Assembly (NCBI RefSeq): GCF_006345805.1
Contig: NC_043002.1
Location: 65,844,001-65,908,000 of the forward strand
Direction: 5' to 3'
DNA length: 64,000 nucleotides
Source: Octopus sinensis
Lineage: Eukaryota
A program made the translations under genes and the position numbers. Positions 60,474 through 64,000 of this stretch are shown one piece after another; the stretch's first letter is position 1, and each line of letters starts with the position of its first letter. The notes below the pieces were generated by a model that had not been told where the DNA came from, did not search any database, and saw only the letters and a list, made by a program, of their open reading frames with translations.

Positions 60474-60744
60474 CTTGTTAGTACAACTACTGCGTTGCTC
60501 TATTAGAGAGATTTTAAAACTATCACTTTCGTTTATATATATATCCAGCTGATCTGCAACTGACTATACATCAACAGCATTATCTACTTAATATCGTCAC
60601 CGTTATCAACACAACAAGCTTTTTTCTATTAGAAACTGATGGAGAATCTTCTATCTGGTTGCTTGATCTGTTAGAAATAGTGTCCAAAATATTCCTCAAA
60701 TCCCAGCCTTATCATCTTTAAAAATTAGAAAGTAAGGACACATT

Positions 60745-60955
60745 TGGCTATATTGGTTTCAAGTTTTGACACAAGGGCCAGCAATTTCGTGCAAGTGGGT
60801 GAATTAAGTACATCAATCCTAGTGCTCAACCGACTCCGAAAGGATAAAAGACAAAGTCGATCTCAGCGGAGTTTGAACTCAGAACGTAAAAGACGGACGA
60901 AATACGGCTAAGCATTTTGCTGGTTGCGCTAACGATTCTGCCAGTTCGCCGCCTT
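60745..60955 (-). mobile_element. SINE family B monomer
   Basis: Reverse-complement head and core. Confidence 0.8.
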
Positions 60956-61301
60956 CGCATTTACTAATATTAATGAAGATACAAGATGTCTCATTCAGGT
61001 TTCTCAGGTCATCTCATTCAGGTTTATCTTGAACCGAAACAACCACATTAAAACAACGATGTCGTCTGCGTGTTATTCTCTGTGCGTTGTCGTCTGCACG
61101 TTATCGTCTGCTTACAATTCTTACAATTCTTACAAACCGTTGTCATCCTCAGCTGATTCATTATAAATCTGGTGACTTGACTCTTTATTTTTCCTCTGAA
61201 TCATAATATCTCACAACACATCCCTGTATCTTCTTCCTCTCTTCTCTCGAGTCTCTACATTCACTTAAAAGGCCATATTTCGTGCCTTTTCCTTCAATTT
61301 C

Positions 61302-61429
<128 letters not shown>

Positions 61430-62025
61430 CCATTTCTGTCTAAATACACTATGCTTTCATCTGCTTGCTGAGTTCATTATATTGTGTTATTGTTAAATGT
61501 TAAATATAGAAATTTTCATTGTTTTATGAAGTTAAATAATCATAATTTTCTAAACGCTAATTTATATGCATATGTATGCACACGCGCGCGCACATACACC
61601 ATCATACACCTCACACACACACACATATATATATACATATATAATATATATTAATTACTACTTGCATGCGTGGGGGTACGTAGGCGAGCCTATGGGTATA
61701 TATGTGTGTATGACTCCGTATATAGTTTATATAAATAAACATATTTATATATATGGATATTAACATATGCATATATACTTACACTATATAGTGTGTATGT
61801 TTATAACGTCTATTTTGTATATGTGTGTGTGCATGTGTGTCTGTATTTGTGCGTGTGTGTGTGCGCGCACGTTTGTGTGCGTGTGCAGACATATTTTACA
61901 TGTGTATATATATATATAAGCTTGTTATATACACACATGCACACACACGTACTCACACACACACACACATATATACACATATATATATGCATACAAACTA
62001 AAATACGCTATAGTATATATATATA

Positions 62026-62077
<52 letters not shown>

Positions 62078-62802
62078 TATATACATACATCATACATACA
62101 TACAACATACATACCTATCATACATGCATACATACATACATACATACATACATACATACATACATACATACATACATACTACATACATACATTCATACAT
62201 ACAATGTACATGCAGAAATAGAAACAAAGAGCGAGAGACCAGACAGAGAGAGAGAGATCGACATTCATACGCTATACGTGTGTGCGTGTGTCTGTGTGTG
62301 TATCTCTGTTGGTGTGTGCGCATTCGTGCGTGCGTGCATGTGTGTGTGTGTGTATGTGTGTGTGTGTGTGTGTATGTACACGCATAATTTACACACGTCA
62401 TCTTTTTTGCCGATTTTTTCTGGATTCTTCCTTTCTGTCTTTTTCTCACAGAAACATTTGACATAGCTCCAATTAAAACTTAGTTATACAGCACATACTC
62501 AGTGACAATTATTTCCTCTGGAGTAACTACGGCGTTCCTTACCAAGTACACGTGTTTCTATTCTTCATATGTATAAGAGCGAGTCGTCTGTTACTGGTTA
62601 TGGCATACAAGTGGTCAGAATGTTACAGATGCTGACAACTGATACTACAGTTGGTGGGAAACCGATGGTAACAGGCTGACCAGTTACATGGCATAACCAT
62701 TAATTTTCGGTGATATCAAAGTACGTCCAGACTGTTTCTCATACTCAGTTGGCATTTTTAATTATTTATGGACAACTAACTGGTAATAATAGGCGCTGGT
62801 TC

Positions 62803-62970
62803 GGGTTTCAGTCCCACTGCGTGGCACCTCGAGTAAATGTCTTCCATTATAACCTCGGACCGAATAAAGCCTCGAGTGATTTTGGAAGACAGAAACTGAA
62901 AGAAGCCCGTCGTATGTGTGTGTGTGTGTGTGTGTTTGTGTGTGCGTGTGTACACGAGTGTGTGTTTATA

Positions 62971-62990
<20 letters not shown>
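62803..62990 (+). mobile_element. SINE family A fragment
   Basis: gggtttcagtcccactgcgtggcacc..gaaactgaaagaagcccgtcg then (TG)n. Confidence 0.8.
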
Positions 62991-63004
<14 letters not shown>

Positions 63005-63263
63005 TATGTATGTATGCGAGAAGACACATGGTTTAAAGTTTAGAGTGTTGCATTGATAATCGTAAGATTCTGGTTTCGATTTCTGAGCAGGGTCATACAT
63101 TGAGCAAAACACTTCGTCTCAAGTCACTCAGCTAAGTCCACTCAGCTGGACTTAGCTCATGTCCACTCTGCTACGAACTGGTATCTGATCTAGAGGGTGA
63201 GGGGAGTATATAGGTCATAGAATCCGAGAAGCCGTCGAATGAGCCTATGGCTTGGGTAGGTCG

Positions 63264-63309
<46 letters not shown>

Positions 63310-63313
<4 letters not shown>

Positions 63314-63325
63314 ATTATCATTATT

Positions 63326-63369
<44 letters not shown>

Positions 63370-63408
63370 TTATTATTATTATTATTATTATCATTATTAT
63401 TATCATTA

Positions 63409-63440
<32 letters not shown>

Positions 63441-63480
63441 GTATTAGTATTATTATCATTATTTTTATTATTATTATTAG
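63310..63480. repeat. (ATT)n microsatellite
   Basis: Direct reading. Confidence 0.95.
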
Positions 63481-63678
63481 TGAATATTACTTCCGAGTAA
63501 CAGGAAAAAGACATTCAAATTAGATGTACTAAAATGAACATCTCTCAATTTTTAATTCGTATATATAAAAGTAGCTTTAGAGGCAGAACCACCTTCAACT
63601 CAATCAACACTGAAAGATTTTATACCCGACCACTCCATAAAATGTTAAATGTTAAATCTTATACTAACTATCTATTCT

Positions 63679-63807
63679 GAATCCCGTATTTTCTGTTTAT
63701 AAGACTACATGTGTTTCATGAAAGTACGTCGGTATTAATTAGATACGAGGTATCTAGTTTCAATACTTAATCGAGTCGACATACTCCCAATCTTCAGGTC
63801 TGGATTC
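63679..63807 (-). ncRNA. Type I hammerhead ribozyme with extended stem II
   Basis: gaatccagac-CTGAAGA-ttgggagtatgtcg..45 nt..cgacgtactttcat-GAAAC-acat-GTA-gtct..ggattc. Confidence 0.75.
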
Positions 63808-64000
63808 CTCAACATTTTTCACTACCCCTACCTCCATGATACTCTATATCTTCAATATAATGTTAATTAACATATACAAATGAATAGAAATACAAATAAT
63901 AAATAGAAATAATAACTGAATATTAAAAATTTAAGGAGTAAACCCGATTAAGTATTGGGACTAGATACCTCGTATCTAATCAATACCGACGTACTTTCAT
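63718..64000. repeat. Inverted repeat, at least 59 bp, running off the window end
   Basis: 63718-63776 versus reverse complement of 63942-64000, 4 mismatches. Confidence 0.9.

Overview
AT-rich, microsatellite-saturated metazoan DNA. The repeat repertoire looks like an octopus/cephalopod genome (inference from recalled SINE, R4/RLE, RTE and Penelope families; no search was run). Almost all ORF-track entries are translations of simple repeats. Mobile elements: three tRNA-derived SINE families; Tc1 (DD34E), mariner (DD34D) and maT (DD37D) transposons; a Chapaev3-like relic; a Helitron; hAT, Tc1 and pogo MITEs; RTE, L1/Tx1 and R4/Dong-type LINE 3' ends; and several Penelope-like elements (PLEs). 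The strongest signal is about 14 type I hammerhead-ribozyme (HHR) motifs from several unrelated PLE-like families. They show compensatory changes at the core 3:8 pair (C-G, U-A, A-U), sit in outward-facing inverted arms of small fold-back elements, and mark both copies of a 4,475-nt tandem unit. A Neptune-like PLE carries a five-fold, fixed-spacing CCAAT+CRE module array ahead of a TATA box. Frameshifted + strand exon candidates suggest a tyrosine-kinase host gene or pseudogene. Single-base indels in repeats suggest imperfect polishing, so tandem duplications and frameshifts may partly be assembly artefacts.
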